24,862 nucleotides of DNA from a virus (Duplodnaviria > Caudoviricetes): the IMG/VR virus record IMGVR_UViG_3300017780_000793, positions 1-24,862 of that record; one strand, given 5' to 3'. A program made the translations under genes and the position numbers. A model generated the notes under the pieces. The model was not told the origin of the DNA. It did no database searches and saw nothing but the letters and a program-made list of their open reading frames with translations. Positions 17,096 to 24,278 of this stretch are shown here, one piece after another. The first letter of the stretch is position 1, and each line of letters begins with the position of its first letter.

Positions 17096-17471
17096 TGGTA
17101 TCGCCGCCTGTCCATGTAGTTACTTCCTGCTCAATTTTAATTGGCATATCTAATCCAAGAAGTTTAGCGCGCCTTTCCATCAAGCGCACAATAGTAAGTA
17201 TGGCTTTAGTGTCGCCATACATAGCATCTTCCCATATAGCCAACTGTAAGCGGTCTATGCGGTCAATTTCCTGCTCGCGCAATTCGTCTGCGGGCTGTTG
17301 CTGTGTGCGTTTAATAGCGCGCTTATAAGCGGCATAAGCCCCTGTATGGTCAGCGTAACCAGTCTGTTCTGCTATGCGTTGCCAAGTAAATCCAGCCCTA
17401 CGCAATTCCAGGACTTTAACTTCTTTATCTACCAATTCTGGGCTTGGTACGGCCGCATTGTGATTTGGCAT
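16854..17471 (-). CDS. terS: Terminase small subunit (N-terminal HTH) with acidic C-terminal extension overlapping terL
   Basis: LELRRAGFTWQRIAEQTGY HTH and ERRAKLLGLD motif; directly upstream of terL. Confidence 0.85.
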   Translation of the reverse strand: MPNHNAAVPSPELVDKEVKVLELRRAGFTWQRIAEQTGYADHTGAYAAYKRAIKRTQQQPADELREQEIDRIDRLQLAIWEDAMYGDTKAILTIVRLMERRAKLLGLDMPIKIEQEVTTWTGGDTIDRAVRDLAALLTANNADSTGESAMAVIISENEPVATDNELENLVDFIGSRLGENENGGGVDSLASDNTTENPLGGSSGD

Positions 17472-17485
17472 GGTGTTAGTAAGAC

Positions 17486-17680
17486 TTACTCAAAATCTTC
17501 ATATTGGTTGCTTCCCATTAGTTGTATACGCGCATCTAATAGGTCGTTTACACTCTCTAAATAGAAATCCCGTTGTTTTTGTGTAAGCCTATTGCCGTAG
17601 CGATCTTGTAACTTTAGGCGCAAGTGTGCCAATGCTTCGTCTATGTCCACAACCGTAAGGTCGTTTACAATAACTTGCAT
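17486..17680 (-). CDS. Hypothetical helical protein
   Basis: 64 aa, AGGTG SD; first gene after the putative late promoter. Confidence 0.7.
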   Translation of the reverse strand: MQVIVNDLTVVDIDEALAHLRLKLQDRYGNRLTQKQRDFYLESVNDLLDARIQLMGSNQYEDFE

Positions 17681-17724
17681 TTTAAAGCACCTGTTCCCCT
17701 ATCTATAGTCTTGTTCCAAGATAC

Positions 17725-17745
17725 TGCGTATATTATCACACGCGT
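17725..17745 (-). promoter_or_regulatory. Putative late promoter (extended -10 TGTGATAAT)
   Basis: TG-n-GATAAT at 17740-17732 in the gap between the regulator cluster and the packaging genes; no clear -35. Confidence 0.45.
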
Positions 17746-17747
17746 AA

Positions 17748-17906
17748 TTATCCATGCCGTTTTTCATAAGCATTTTGCAATGAGTCTATGTCGTAGTGTT
17801 TAACGCCGCCAATGATCTTATAAGCAATTTGATCTTGGGCTATCCATCTGTACATTGTTGGCACAGATACTTTAAATAGTTTTGTCGCTTCTTGCAGAGT
17901 CAGCAC
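17748..17906 (-). CDS. Xis/MerR-type HTH DNA-binding protein (52 aa; not in ORF track)
   Basis: GTG start, AAGG SD; MLTLQEATKLFKVSVPTMYRWIAQDQIAYKIIGGVKHYDIDSLQNAYEKRHG. Confidence 0.82.
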   Translation of the reverse strand: MLTLQEATKLFKVSVPTMYRWIAQDQIAYKIIGGVKHYDIDSLQNAYEKRHG

Positions 17907-18510
17907 TTAGTACCTTTCCTAATAATCGCCAGCGGTTACTTTCCCATACTGTGCCACACGCCTTACATTTAATATCACCAAAACTGGTCAGCGTTACAGG
18001 GTTAATTTGCAATTTAGCCCCGCAAGCCTGGTCATTTTCATCAACTGATGGGCAAATACCGATGGTCATAAGTTCTGATCTAAAGCCAAGAACGGTGTTT
18101 ATCTGCTTATGGATATTACTAATGTCCTCAGCCAACTGAGCCAAGTCCGTATAGTTATCAAATATCCACTCAGACTGAGCCGTAAGATATTTACAGGTGT
18201 AAGTGATGCGGTTAATTTCTTCCCCGCGAAAAGTAATCCGTGTATGGCGCTGTTCAATGCGTATGTTTGCTTCATGCGCCATTAACGGTTTGCTTATTCC
18301 GCCTGAACGAAGGTGCAAAGTTTCCAGTCTTACAGGTATTGGTGGTGTTTTAGAACCGCCTACGCGCTCGCCCGAACCCTTAGAAGGTATTAACTCTTTA
18401 GCAAGATCGTTATAACGGTCAGGAAATGCTTGCAATTTTTCAACTGCATACTCCCAACAGTTAGCACATAAAGAACCTTCTACGGGTTTACGGCAAAGCG
18501 CACACTTCAT
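17872..18510 (-). CDS. Zn-finger protein, candidate late-gene regulator
   Basis: N-terminal CxxC-x8-CxxC, C-terminal C-x7-C...CxxC; sits just upstream of the terminase genes. Confidence 0.7.
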   Translation of the reverse strand: MKCALCRKPVEGSLCANCWEYAVEKLQAFPDRYNDLAKELIPSKGSGERVGGSKTPPIPVRLETLHLRSGGISKPLMAHEANIRIEQRHTRITFRGEEINRITYTCKYLTAQSEWIFDNYTDLAQLAEDISNIHKQINTVLGFRSELMTIGICPSVDENDQACGAKLQINPVTLTSFGDIKCKACGTVWESNRWRLLGKVLSADSARSDKTI

Positions 18511-18674
18511 TTGGCGCGCGCATCTCGCTTTACTTTGTACGCTTCTACATCTTCACGGGCATAAAAGGAACGCTTTCCTTCTTTATTTGTTACCTTTACA
18601 TGGCCACGGAACCGAATTTGGTACAAATTGTTAATGGTTATGCCCAAGTATTCGCATACTTCTTGGCTAGTCAT
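18507..18674 (-). CDS. Xis-like HTH DNA-binding protein (55 aa; not in ORF track)
   Basis: MTSQEVCEYLGITINNLYQIRFRGHVKVTNKEGKRSFYAREDVEAYKVKRDARAK; TAATG/ATGA coupling on both sides. Confidence 0.82.
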   Translation of the reverse strand: MTSQEVCEYLGITINNLYQIRFRGHVKVTNKEGKRSFYAREDVEAYKVKRDARAK

Positions 18675-19075
18675 TAGAACGGCCATGTGTTGTCTCCCTG
18701 TGTTTGTGTTGGTGCTTGAACCTTATTAACGCTATTTGTTTGTGAAAACGGAATACCTGTCCAAACAGACTTTGCGCGGATTTCAAATCCTTGCTTAACA
18801 TTGCCATCGCGCCCCGTGTATTCAAATTGTTTTAGGTCGCCTTCTACATACAAACTGGTTCCTTTAAGTGGCATATCGGCTAACTTCTCAGCCAATTCGC
18901 CAGTTACGCTTACTTTCCACCATACAGTTTCACCTTTAATCCACTCGCCATTTTTGTATTCGCGTGGTGTTTCAGCAAGTGAAAAGTTTGCTATTGCAAA
19001 TTCGCCTTTAGCGCCCTTAATAAATTTAAGTTCTGCATCGCCACCAGCATTACCAGTTACTACTATCTTTGCCAT
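18674..19075 (-). CDS. ssb: Single-stranded DNA-binding protein
   Basis: OB-fold VTGN-x-G-x-D-x-ELKF, ANFSLA-x-TPR, V-x-G-x-L-K-Q; C-terminal PF. Confidence 0.93.
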   Translation of the reverse strand: MAKIVVTGNAGGDAELKFIKGAKGEFAIANFSLAETPREYKNGEWIKGETVWWKVSVTGELAEKLADMPLKGTSLYVEGDLKQFEYTGRDGNVKQGFEIRAKSVWTGIPFSQTNSVNKVQAPTQTQGDNTWPF

Positions 19076-19400
19076 TATTGCCCTCTATTTCTATGTAATT
19101 GCCTTCGTTGTCCAACAATACCTTACTTCCGTCTGGCAGGTGTAAGGGAAACTCCGAAGGTTCTTCCCAACTGGGAACTATTTGCCCTAGTTTTACCGCC
19201 CTAGCAGGGCTTAGATGTATTGAATTAGTGCCTAAGTTGTGGCATTTATGATGCACGGCTATCAAATTGCAGACTTCATCTTTGCCGCCTTGCGATTTTA
19301 GTTTGCGATGATGTAAGGCAAAGTCTCCACACGGGTTGCCGCACGCTTCGCAATAACTGCCAGCCCGTTCTAATACTGTTTCGGCTATGCGCTTATCCAT
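19050..19400 (-). CDS. HNH endonuclease
   Basis: Start corrected to ATG 19400; CEACG...LHHRK-x-x-SQGG...NL-x-x-x-HHKCH. Confidence 0.88.
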   Translation of the reverse strand: MDKRIAETVLERAGSYCEACGNPCGDFALHHRKLKSQGGKDEVCNLIAVHHKCHNLGTNSIHLSPARAVKLGQIVPSWEEPSEFPLHLPDGSKVLLDNEGNYIEIEGNNGKDSSNW

Positions 19401-19956
19401 TAGAAACCATAAATTTAATATCGCCACCCGTAAAAGCATCGTATTTAGAAGCGACTTTGAGCGCCACGCGAATATAGTTTTTGGCTCTAGTGATCGTTTC
19501 CGACTGGTTAGCCTTCAATGCTTCTAGCGCACCAAGGGCAAACCGTTCGCCTGAGCCTGCTACATACAGGTTGTTAGTGGTTCTTTCCCACCCATAATCT
19601 TCGTCAATTCGGTAAATAGCGCCGCGAATACAGATTATAAAAATGTTGTCCTGGATTACAGAACCTTCTTCTTTTTTGTATTCATAATCAGCGGCATCAA
19701 AGCATTTGCGAATAGATGGAATAAGTATGCTTGTTACATACTTGTCTATGTTGTCTATCTTAACCGCAGGGCTTACCCAGTTATGTTCTAGTAAGTTAAT
19801 GCCGCGAACAGCGCCAGCGCCAGCAACTATTACTTCGCCGTTTTTAAATATCTTGCCAGCGGGTATGTCTATTGCAAAGCCGCTTTCATCTGACGACTGA
19901 CTATCAGCGCCTATAACAGCCCAACCATCGCCTTCAATGGCGGCTATCGTGGTCAT
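19393..19956 (-). CDS. Ntn-hydrolase protease, HslV/20S proteasome beta-subunit-like
   Basis: Start corrected to ATG 19956 giving M-T-T-I (N-terminal Thr nucleophile); GADSQ, GKIF, AGSG-x-x-FALGAL and D-x-x-TGG motifs. Confidence 0.87.
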   Translation of the reverse strand: MTTIAAIEGDGWAVIGADSQSSDESGFAIDIPAGKIFKNGEVIVAGAGAVRGINLLEHNWVSPAVKIDNIDKYVTSILIPSIRKCFDAADYEYKKEEGSVIQDNIFIICIRGAIYRIDEDYGWERTTNNLYVAGSGERFALGALEALKANQSETITRAKNYIRVALKVASKYDAFTGGDIKFMVSNG

Positions 19957-19977
19957 AAATAAAGAATATCCGTAAGG
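19957..19977 (-). promoter_or_regulatory. Leaderless promoter (-10 TATTCT) overlapped by CCTTAC-GATAT motif
   Basis: TATTCT at 19968-19963, 6 nt before ATG, no SD. Confidence 0.5.
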
Positions 19978-20020
19978 CAAAACAAAACCCACCGTAGAGG
20001 CAATAAACGGTGGGTTTTGT
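19977..20020 (-). terminator. Intrinsic terminator, possibly bidirectional
   Basis: Perfect 14-bp inverted repeat 19982-19995/20007-20020, 11-nt loop, U-rich tail on the minus strand. Confidence 0.8.
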
Positions 20021-20080
20021 GTACGCAAGACTTCCCACGGCCTTGCGCCTTTGCTGTAAGGAAACGGCCCACAGCAAATC
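19977..20080 (-). ncRNA. Candidate three-stem-loop structured RNA
   Basis: Three back-to-back hairpins: 20050-20078, 20024-20047, 19982-20020. Confidence 0.5.
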
Positions 20081-20089
20081 TAATTAAGT

Positions 20090-20527
20090 CTAGGCTATCT
20101 CTTTCTTGTACCAATATCCATAAACGCAACGAGTTTCGTTACGGCTTGGGTCGCCTGTATCGTAAACAACACCGTCAATAACTGCGGCAAGATGCCGCGA
20201 CAAATTAACAATGATTTTACCGCTAGGCAATTCGTCTGCTTTAAGGTGGACTTTACAGCCGCTACCAATTTGCATTGTTGGAACCCACTCAAACCCTAGG
20301 TCTTTTAAGATGCGGCGGGTAGTTGGTATGTGAACGCCATCTTTTGCATTTGATTTGCCAACGCGAGTTTTTGAACGGCGTTCGGTACTGCCGTATTTAT
20401 TTACAAGATCGTAAACTTCCTGGTATGGAAGTTCTGTAATAATTGCTATTGCACGCGTTACGCAGTCTCTAGCCGAACCCTTATGGCCAGCGTTGGCTCG
20501 GCCGCCGTCAGAATATTCCCACTTCAT
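20090..20527 (-). CDS. Conserved phage protein, possible papain-like Cys-His peptidase fold
   Basis: Start corrected to ATG 20527 (TAATG coupling); DCVTRAIA and RHLAAVIDG-x-x-YD motifs. Confidence 0.7.
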   Translation of the reverse strand: MKWEYSDGGRANAGHKGSARDCVTRAIAIITELPYQEVYDLVNKYGSTERRSKTRVGKSNAKDGVHIPTTRRILKDLGFEWVPTMQIGSGCKVHLKADELPSGKIIVNLSRHLAAVIDGVVYDTGDPSRNETRCVYGYWYKKEIA

Positions 20528-20694
20528 TAGATCACCTTCGCAATAAACCATAGTCCGTTAGTACGAACTAATTGGTAATAATTTTGAGAAGTTCTGTTAA
20601 GCAGGTTTAACTGATTTTTAATAGCGGCTGTTTTAATTTTAGTGCCGCAATTAGAATATCCACCTATCCATTGTTCAATAATAAATGTAGGCAT
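20527..20694 (-). CDS. Hypothetical protein (55 aa; not in ORF track)
   Basis: MPTFIIEQWIGG...WFIAKVI; fills the gap exactly with TAATG overlaps at both ends. Confidence 0.72.
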   Translation of the reverse strand: MPTFIIEQWIGGYSNCGTKIKTAAIKNQLNLLNRTSQNYYQLVRTNGLWFIAKVI

Positions 20695-20972
20695 TAGATA
20701 TCCGCCTTTCCCCAGATAGCCTTACCGCACTCACCGCAGTCAAAGAATAAATCTTTATTAGGGTCGCGGCTTTGCAATTCGTGTTTGTACATCGGCAACG
20801 CCTTACTACCGTCAAGCCAAGTTGCATCTTGCTTTGTAAACAATTTATGGCATTTAACGCAAAGCGTGCCTTGCACATCGCCTTCGTAATCGTAAGCAAT
20901 AACTTTTGTTGTGTTTGCAGTTTTGCCTAATGCGCCGTCTCTAACAAGTGGTGAGCCGTATTTGTTATCCAT
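20694..20972 (-). CDS. Hypothetical Zn-finger protein
   Basis: 92 aa; CVKC...CGEC. Confidence 0.75.
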   Translation of the reverse strand: MDNKYGSPLVRDGALGKTANTTKVIAYDYEGDVQGTLCVKCHKLFTKQDATWLDGSKALPMYKHELQSRDPNKDLFFDCGECGKAIWGKADI

Positions 20973-20974
20973 AA

Positions 20975-21205
20975 TTAGTTACCTGCAATTTCGTAACGGT
21001 AGCCATGCTCAGAAAATTTGTGAGTATTTACATCTGACTGAACTGATGAACGAACTGCACCGCCTGTGCGTGTTTCCCAACCGCAAGAACACTTTGCATC
21101 AAAACCCCAAGTGCCGCGCATTGAACTTTCGTAAGGCATCTTTTGATCGCCAGCCCACACAAACCACTTAATTGTTACTTTTGTATCTTTTGCTACTAAC
21201 TTCAT
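20975..21205 (-). CDS. Hypothetical protein, first gene of early operon B
   Basis: 76 aa; CSCGW...H-x-x-x-x-H motif; AGAGG SD. Confidence 0.8.
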   Translation of the reverse strand: MKLVAKDTKVTIKWFVWAGDQKMPYESSMRGTWGFDAKCSCGWETRTGGAVRSSVQSDVNTHKFSEHGYRYEIAGN

Positions 21206-21210
21206 TTTTC

Positions 21211-21312
21211 TTGCCTCTCGTTAATCGGGCTTTGGGTTAAGCCCTTCTTGTAAGATGTACTATTCCAGATATGTAAGGTGAATACAAGTTTATAGGTGTG
21301 TTTTGGCTCACA
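21211..21312 (-). promoter_or_regulatory. Early promoter module copy B (CRP-like box, -35 TTGTAT, 17 nt, TGG-AATAGT, 5' hairpin, AGAGGCAA SD)
   Basis: Homologous to 24721-24800; 23-nt identity 21250-21272 = 24761-24783. Confidence 0.8.
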
Positions 21313-21315
21313 TTT

Positions 21316-21738
21316 TTAATAATATTTATGGCGCGCCCAAAACGCCCAGGCTCGGCATGGGGTGGAATAGCGGCTTTCTATGTACCTGAACCCCCTATTG
21401 ACCTGCTCAGGAACCCCTAGGCGGGGATTTAAGCCCAGTATTTGCGGTATGCCGCCTGCGTGCAGGCGAACGCGCTTCCCGTCTCTAATCTGGGTTACAG
21501 GCTGTTTATTGCGGGCTTCTGAACGCCAGTTGCTTTCTTTAGTCCAGAGTTTATGCAGGCAAACCCATTGCGACTCGTTCCAGCCCCAACCAGCCATTTG
21601 TGCCTTGGCGTAAACCTTTGCTTGATACGGGGTTTTAATCACAGACATTTTAGGACTCTGTGCCATCGCAGGTGTTACAACAACAATGCTTACGGCAATT
21701 ACCGCTACTGAAAAACATCGTTGTAAAAACTTAACGCG
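21316..21738 (-). CDS. Secreted lytic transglycosylase (SLT/Rpf-like); true start unresolved
   Basis: CL-x-x-LW-x-KESNW, GIPQ, Q-x-x-x-G-x-x-YI-x-x-RY-x-x-PC-x-AW motifs; frame open upstream of ATG 21666 to 21738 and encodes a signal peptide. Confidence 0.85.
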   Translation of the reverse strand, partial: RVKFLQRCFSVAVIAVSIVVVTPAMAQSPKMSVIKTPYQAKVYAKAQMAGWGWNESQWVCLHKLWTKESNWRSEARNKQPVTQIRDGKRVRLHAGGIPQILGLNPRLGVPEQVNRGFRYIESRYSTPCRAWAFWARHKYY

Positions 21739-21916
21739 TTACCTGTTTCCTCACTCTCATAACGCTTACCATAATTTCCCCCCGTAGATTAGTTTCAGCA
21801 TGGCTGACCCCTTTCGCAGTTTGTGCATTTATTTTACTACATGACGGACAAGCGATATGCGTAAAGAAAATCCACGCCCCGCAATTTGTGCATCGCGTTA
21901 CCTTACTGTCGTTCAT
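21731..21916 (-). CDS. Small zinc-ribbon protein
   Basis: CTNCGAW...CPSC; TAATG-coupled to the kinase gene. Confidence 0.65.
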   Translation of the reverse strand: MNDSKVTRCTNCGAWIFFTHIACPSCSKINAQTAKGVSHAETNLRGEIMVSVMRVRKQVTR

Positions 21917-22449
21917 TACAACTTACTCATAATTGTTTTTATTTCTATTTGTAAATCTTCTAGCGAGCCGTTGTTGGCTATGTATTGGTCAAAATCCCAT
22001 GAGTCCATATCGGTTTCTGATCTATGTATGTTTACAGGCGTATCTCTTTCAACGCGACTAATGCGCCAGACTTCGCCATGTTTCCATTTAATTTCTTCTG
22101 CTTCGTTTCTAAATCTTACATCTGATACAACTATTTTATCTTCTGGGCGTACTGCATGTAATGTAAGTTCAACCCAAATTTGTGCATCTATTAAATCGCG
22201 CCCAACTTCAGAACCCATTGCTTGTAATAATCTGCGAACCTCTGGTGCTTGCTTAGCACCTTCCCACCCATATTTTTCTACAGCGTGGGCTAAACGCATA
22301 CCGTCTAAACTAATAATTGGGTCTAACAAATAACAAGCCTTCTTAATAATGTCGGCAAAACCAATACGCGTGTAACCGTAATCCTCTACAAGTATTGAAG
22401 CAACCGTATCTTTACCAACTTGCGCATACCCACTAAGTCCAATAATCAT
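21916..22449 (-). CDS. Deoxynucleoside monophosphate kinase (T4 gp1-like)
   Basis: IIGLSG-x-x-x-x-GKDT P-loop, FAD-x-I-K, RRLLQ-x-x-G-x-E-x-GR, SDVRF-x-NE, H-x-SE. Confidence 0.93.
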   Translation of the reverse strand: MIIGLSGYAQVGKDTVASILVEDYGYTRIGFADIIKKACYLLDPIISLDGMRLAHAVEKYGWEGAKQAPEVRRLLQAMGSEVGRDLIDAQIWVELTLHAVRPEDKIVVSDVRFRNEAEEIKWKHGEVWRISRVERDTPVNIHRSETDMDSWDFDQYIANNGSLEDLQIEIKTIMSKL

Positions 22450-22667
22450 TTTGCCGCCTTTTCTTTTTGATACCTTTTAATTGCTTCAGTTTGTGCCGCT
22501 TTACAAGCAATGCAAGTAGGTTCACCTAATTTAAGGTGGCGGCCATATCCTGCGCGCGTACCGCATTGTGCAATTTTGCGTTGAGTTCCCCGTCTTACCT
22601 TGGGCTTTGTTCCGCCTTCGCAAGACAAGCATTGGTAATTTCTAAAACACAAACAATTTTCAGTCAT
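22446..22667 (-). CDS. Small Cys/His zinc-binding protein
   Basis: Start corrected to ATG 22667; CGT-x-x-GY-x-RH-x-x-x-GE-x-x-CxxC motif familiar from actinophage proteins. Confidence 0.75.
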   Translation of the reverse strand: MTENCLCFRNYQCLSCEGGTKPKVRRGTQRKIAQCGTRAGYGRHLKLGEPTCIACKAAQTEAIKRYQKEKAAK

Positions 22668-22780
22668 TACTCGCAACTTTCTTTTTCATTACAGTCGGAA
22701 CAACACTCTTTGCACAAACCGCTTACATTACAAAAATCGTGTATTTCTACATACTGGTCACAAGTATCGCATTGGCTCAT
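22667..22780 (-). CDS. 37-aa Cys-rich microprotein (not in ORF track)
   Basis: MSQCDTCDQYVEIHDFCNVSGLCKECCSDCNEKESCE; ATGA and TAATG coupling at its two ends. Confidence 0.7.
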   Translation of the reverse strand: MSQCDTCDQYVEIHDFCNVSGLCKECCSDCNEKESCE

Positions 22781-22959
22781 TTTGAGTCCGTCTTATAAAA
22801 ACCAGACCCTTTGAAATGTACTGGCGTTGGACTAAATACTTTTTCCATTGTGCCGTTGCAGTTTTCCATTGGGCAGTCATGCTTTTCATCAGCATAAAAT
22901 CCATGCGCAATAATTTCATGCGCGCCGCAAGCCTTACATTTGTAATCATATCTAGGCAT
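22777..22959 (-). CDS. FmdB-family zinc-ribbon protein
   Basis: MPRYDYKC-x-x-CG...CP...C...M-x-K-x-FS...FKGSGFYKTD. Confidence 0.9.
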   Translation of the reverse strand: MPRYDYKCKACGAHEIIAHGFYADEKHDCPMENCNGTMEKVFSPTPVHFKGSGFYKTDSK

Positions 22960-23218
22960 TGTTTCCTACTTTCAACTGGTAGTACCAAGTGTTCATAACT
23001 CTTTTGCGGTTTACGGTGTGTGAGCCAAACCGTTCTTTTCTAAAGTTACGCAGTTGAGCCGATACTGAAGTTTCTGGTGCTTTAGTTACATCGGCTATTT
23101 GGCGCAAAGTTCGGAACTTGCCGTCTTGCATCAAGTTATAAATCTTTTCCATTTGACCAGATAACCGAACAAAGTCTAATTCAAACTGATAATCAACACC
23201 GTCAAAATGTTTATTCAC
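22952..23218 (-). CDS. Winged-helix DNA-binding protein
   Basis: MQDG-x-x-RTLRQIA...ETSVSAQLR-x-x-RK-x-x-FG...YYQL. Confidence 0.75.
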   Translation of the reverse strand: MNKHFDGVDYQFELDFVRLSGQMEKIYNLMQDGKFRTLRQIADVTKAPETSVSAQLRNFRKERFGSHTVNRKRVMNTWYYQLKVGNNA

Positions 23219-23471
23219 GGTTAGCCCCTAACGCTATCTGCGCACAAAGGTCTTGAACAGTAAGCAACGAGTTATCTATTCCGTTCTTTATGATCTGTTT
23301 ACGGTTGTCCGTTAAATCTATAGCGCATATATCTTCATAAATTTTGGCGCGTATTTGTTTCTCTAGTACACGCACCACATCTTTAACGGCATCTTGGCCC
23401 TGGGGCGTATCAAGAATAAGTTGTCCGTCTTTAACTTTCCAATGGTTTTCCTTACAAATAAGTTTCGTCAT
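23211..23471 (-). CDS. Hypothetical protein
   Basis: 86 aa, GAGGGG SD, overlaps the next gene. Confidence 0.75.
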   Translation of the reverse strand: MTKLICKENHWKVKDGQLILDTPQGQDAVKDVVRVLEKQIRAKIYEDICAIDLTDNRKQIIKNGIDNSLLTVQDLCAQIALGANRE

Positions 23472-23553
23472 TTATTGCCCCCTCTAGTTTGAATAAGCCT
23501 AACAGCATAAGCGCTGTAAGTATTGGTGTGCCAAGAATAATTATTAGTACCAT
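23452..23553 (-). CDS. 33-aa single-TM membrane microprotein (not in ORF track)
   Basis: GAGGTG SD; MVLIIILGTPILTALMLLGLFKLEGAINDETYL. Confidence 0.65.
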   Translation of the reverse strand: MVLIIILGTPILTALMLLGLFKLEGAINDETYL

Positions 23554-23681
23554 TTGTAAACCACCTCATTATCGTATCCGCATTTAATACAAGTGAACCA
23601 GTAAGTGCCGTTGCTATCTTCGTATTTACTGTTCTCTGCTTCGCAGTTTTCTGCTTCGCACAATACAACCGTTGTAGCCAT
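23544..23681 (-). CDS. 45-aa zinc-ribbon microprotein (not in ORF track)
   Basis: GAGG SD; MATTVVLCEAENC...WFTCIKCGYDNEVVYKWY. Confidence 0.72.
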   Translation of the reverse strand: MATTVVLCEAENCEAENSKYEDSNGTYWFTCIKCGYDNEVVYKWY

Positions 23682-23945
23682 TTACTTTTCCTCATTTCTG
23701 CAATGGCAGTTTGGCGGGCAGTCCACCATGCCTTCATAAAGATCGCCGTAAACCATTTCCCAGGTATGCGCCATTGGCATTTCAGCATCGCGCAAGTCTG
23801 GATAATAAAGATAGTGATAACCGTTTATCTTGTCTTGCTTGTATTGGGGAAAGTCAATGCTGATGCAATTACGGCAAGCGCACTCAACTTTTAAATTGTG
23901 TTCGGCAACAATAGCCATAACCTTTTTGCGGTAATTGGTAGCCAT
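23682..23945 (-). CDS. Hypothetical Cys-rich protein
   Basis: 87 aa; CACRNC and CPPNCHC; abuts both neighbours. Confidence 0.75.
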   Translation of the reverse strand: MATNYRKKVMAIVAEHNLKVECACRNCISIDFPQYKQDKINGYHYLYYPDLRDAEMPMAHTWEMVYGDLYEGMVDCPPNCHCRNEEK

Positions 23946-24278
23946 TTATGCCACCAGCATTTCTTCGCATTGAGCCTTTAACTTGCCAAGCGCCTTAATT
24001 GTGTAACGGCATTTGGTGGCTTCGTTGTAATTACGGTCGTCATTAAGTTGAGGAATAACAATGTCGTATATGTATTCCTGTTGCTTTTCAATAAAGTAAA
24101 TAAACTTCTTAACTTGTTGTTCATTAAGATCGGCAATTATAGATACACGGTTGCCTTCAGCATTGTCTAGCGCAGTAAACAAACCGTAGTTCGCATCATC
24201 TTCTTCTGGAATATGTGCGCAAGTATCTATCATTGAACTAAATTCGTGATAGCAATTTAAGTTGATTTTAATTAACAT
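23946..24278 (-). CDS. Hypothetical protein
   Basis: Start corrected to ATG 24278 (TAATG coupling). Confidence 0.72.
   Translation of the reverse strand: MLIKINLNCYHEFSSMIDTCAHIPEEDDANYGLFTALDNAEGNRVSIIADLNEQQVKKFIYFIEKQQEYIYDIVIPQLNDDRNYNEATKCRYTIKALGKLKAQCEEMLVA

Noticed and set aside
17748-18674. Xis-like genes as evidence of a prophage or att site
   Set aside because: No integrase, att core or host genes in the window; these HTHs are common stand-alone regulators.
19957-20028. N-terminal extension of the Ntn protease as a propeptide
   Set aside because: It runs through the terminator hairpin; ATG 19956 gives the canonical Met-Thr start with a -10 box 6 nt upstream.
19977-20085. tRNA gene
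   Set aside because: No acceptor stem, T-loop or 7-nt anticodon loop; the hairpins are serial, not a cloverleaf.
23468-23788. 106-aa minus-strand ORF in the track (also 22758-22988 and 20675-20899)
   Set aside because: Better explained by coupled genes with RBSs in other frames (23544-23681 and 23452-23553; FmdB; 20694-20972).
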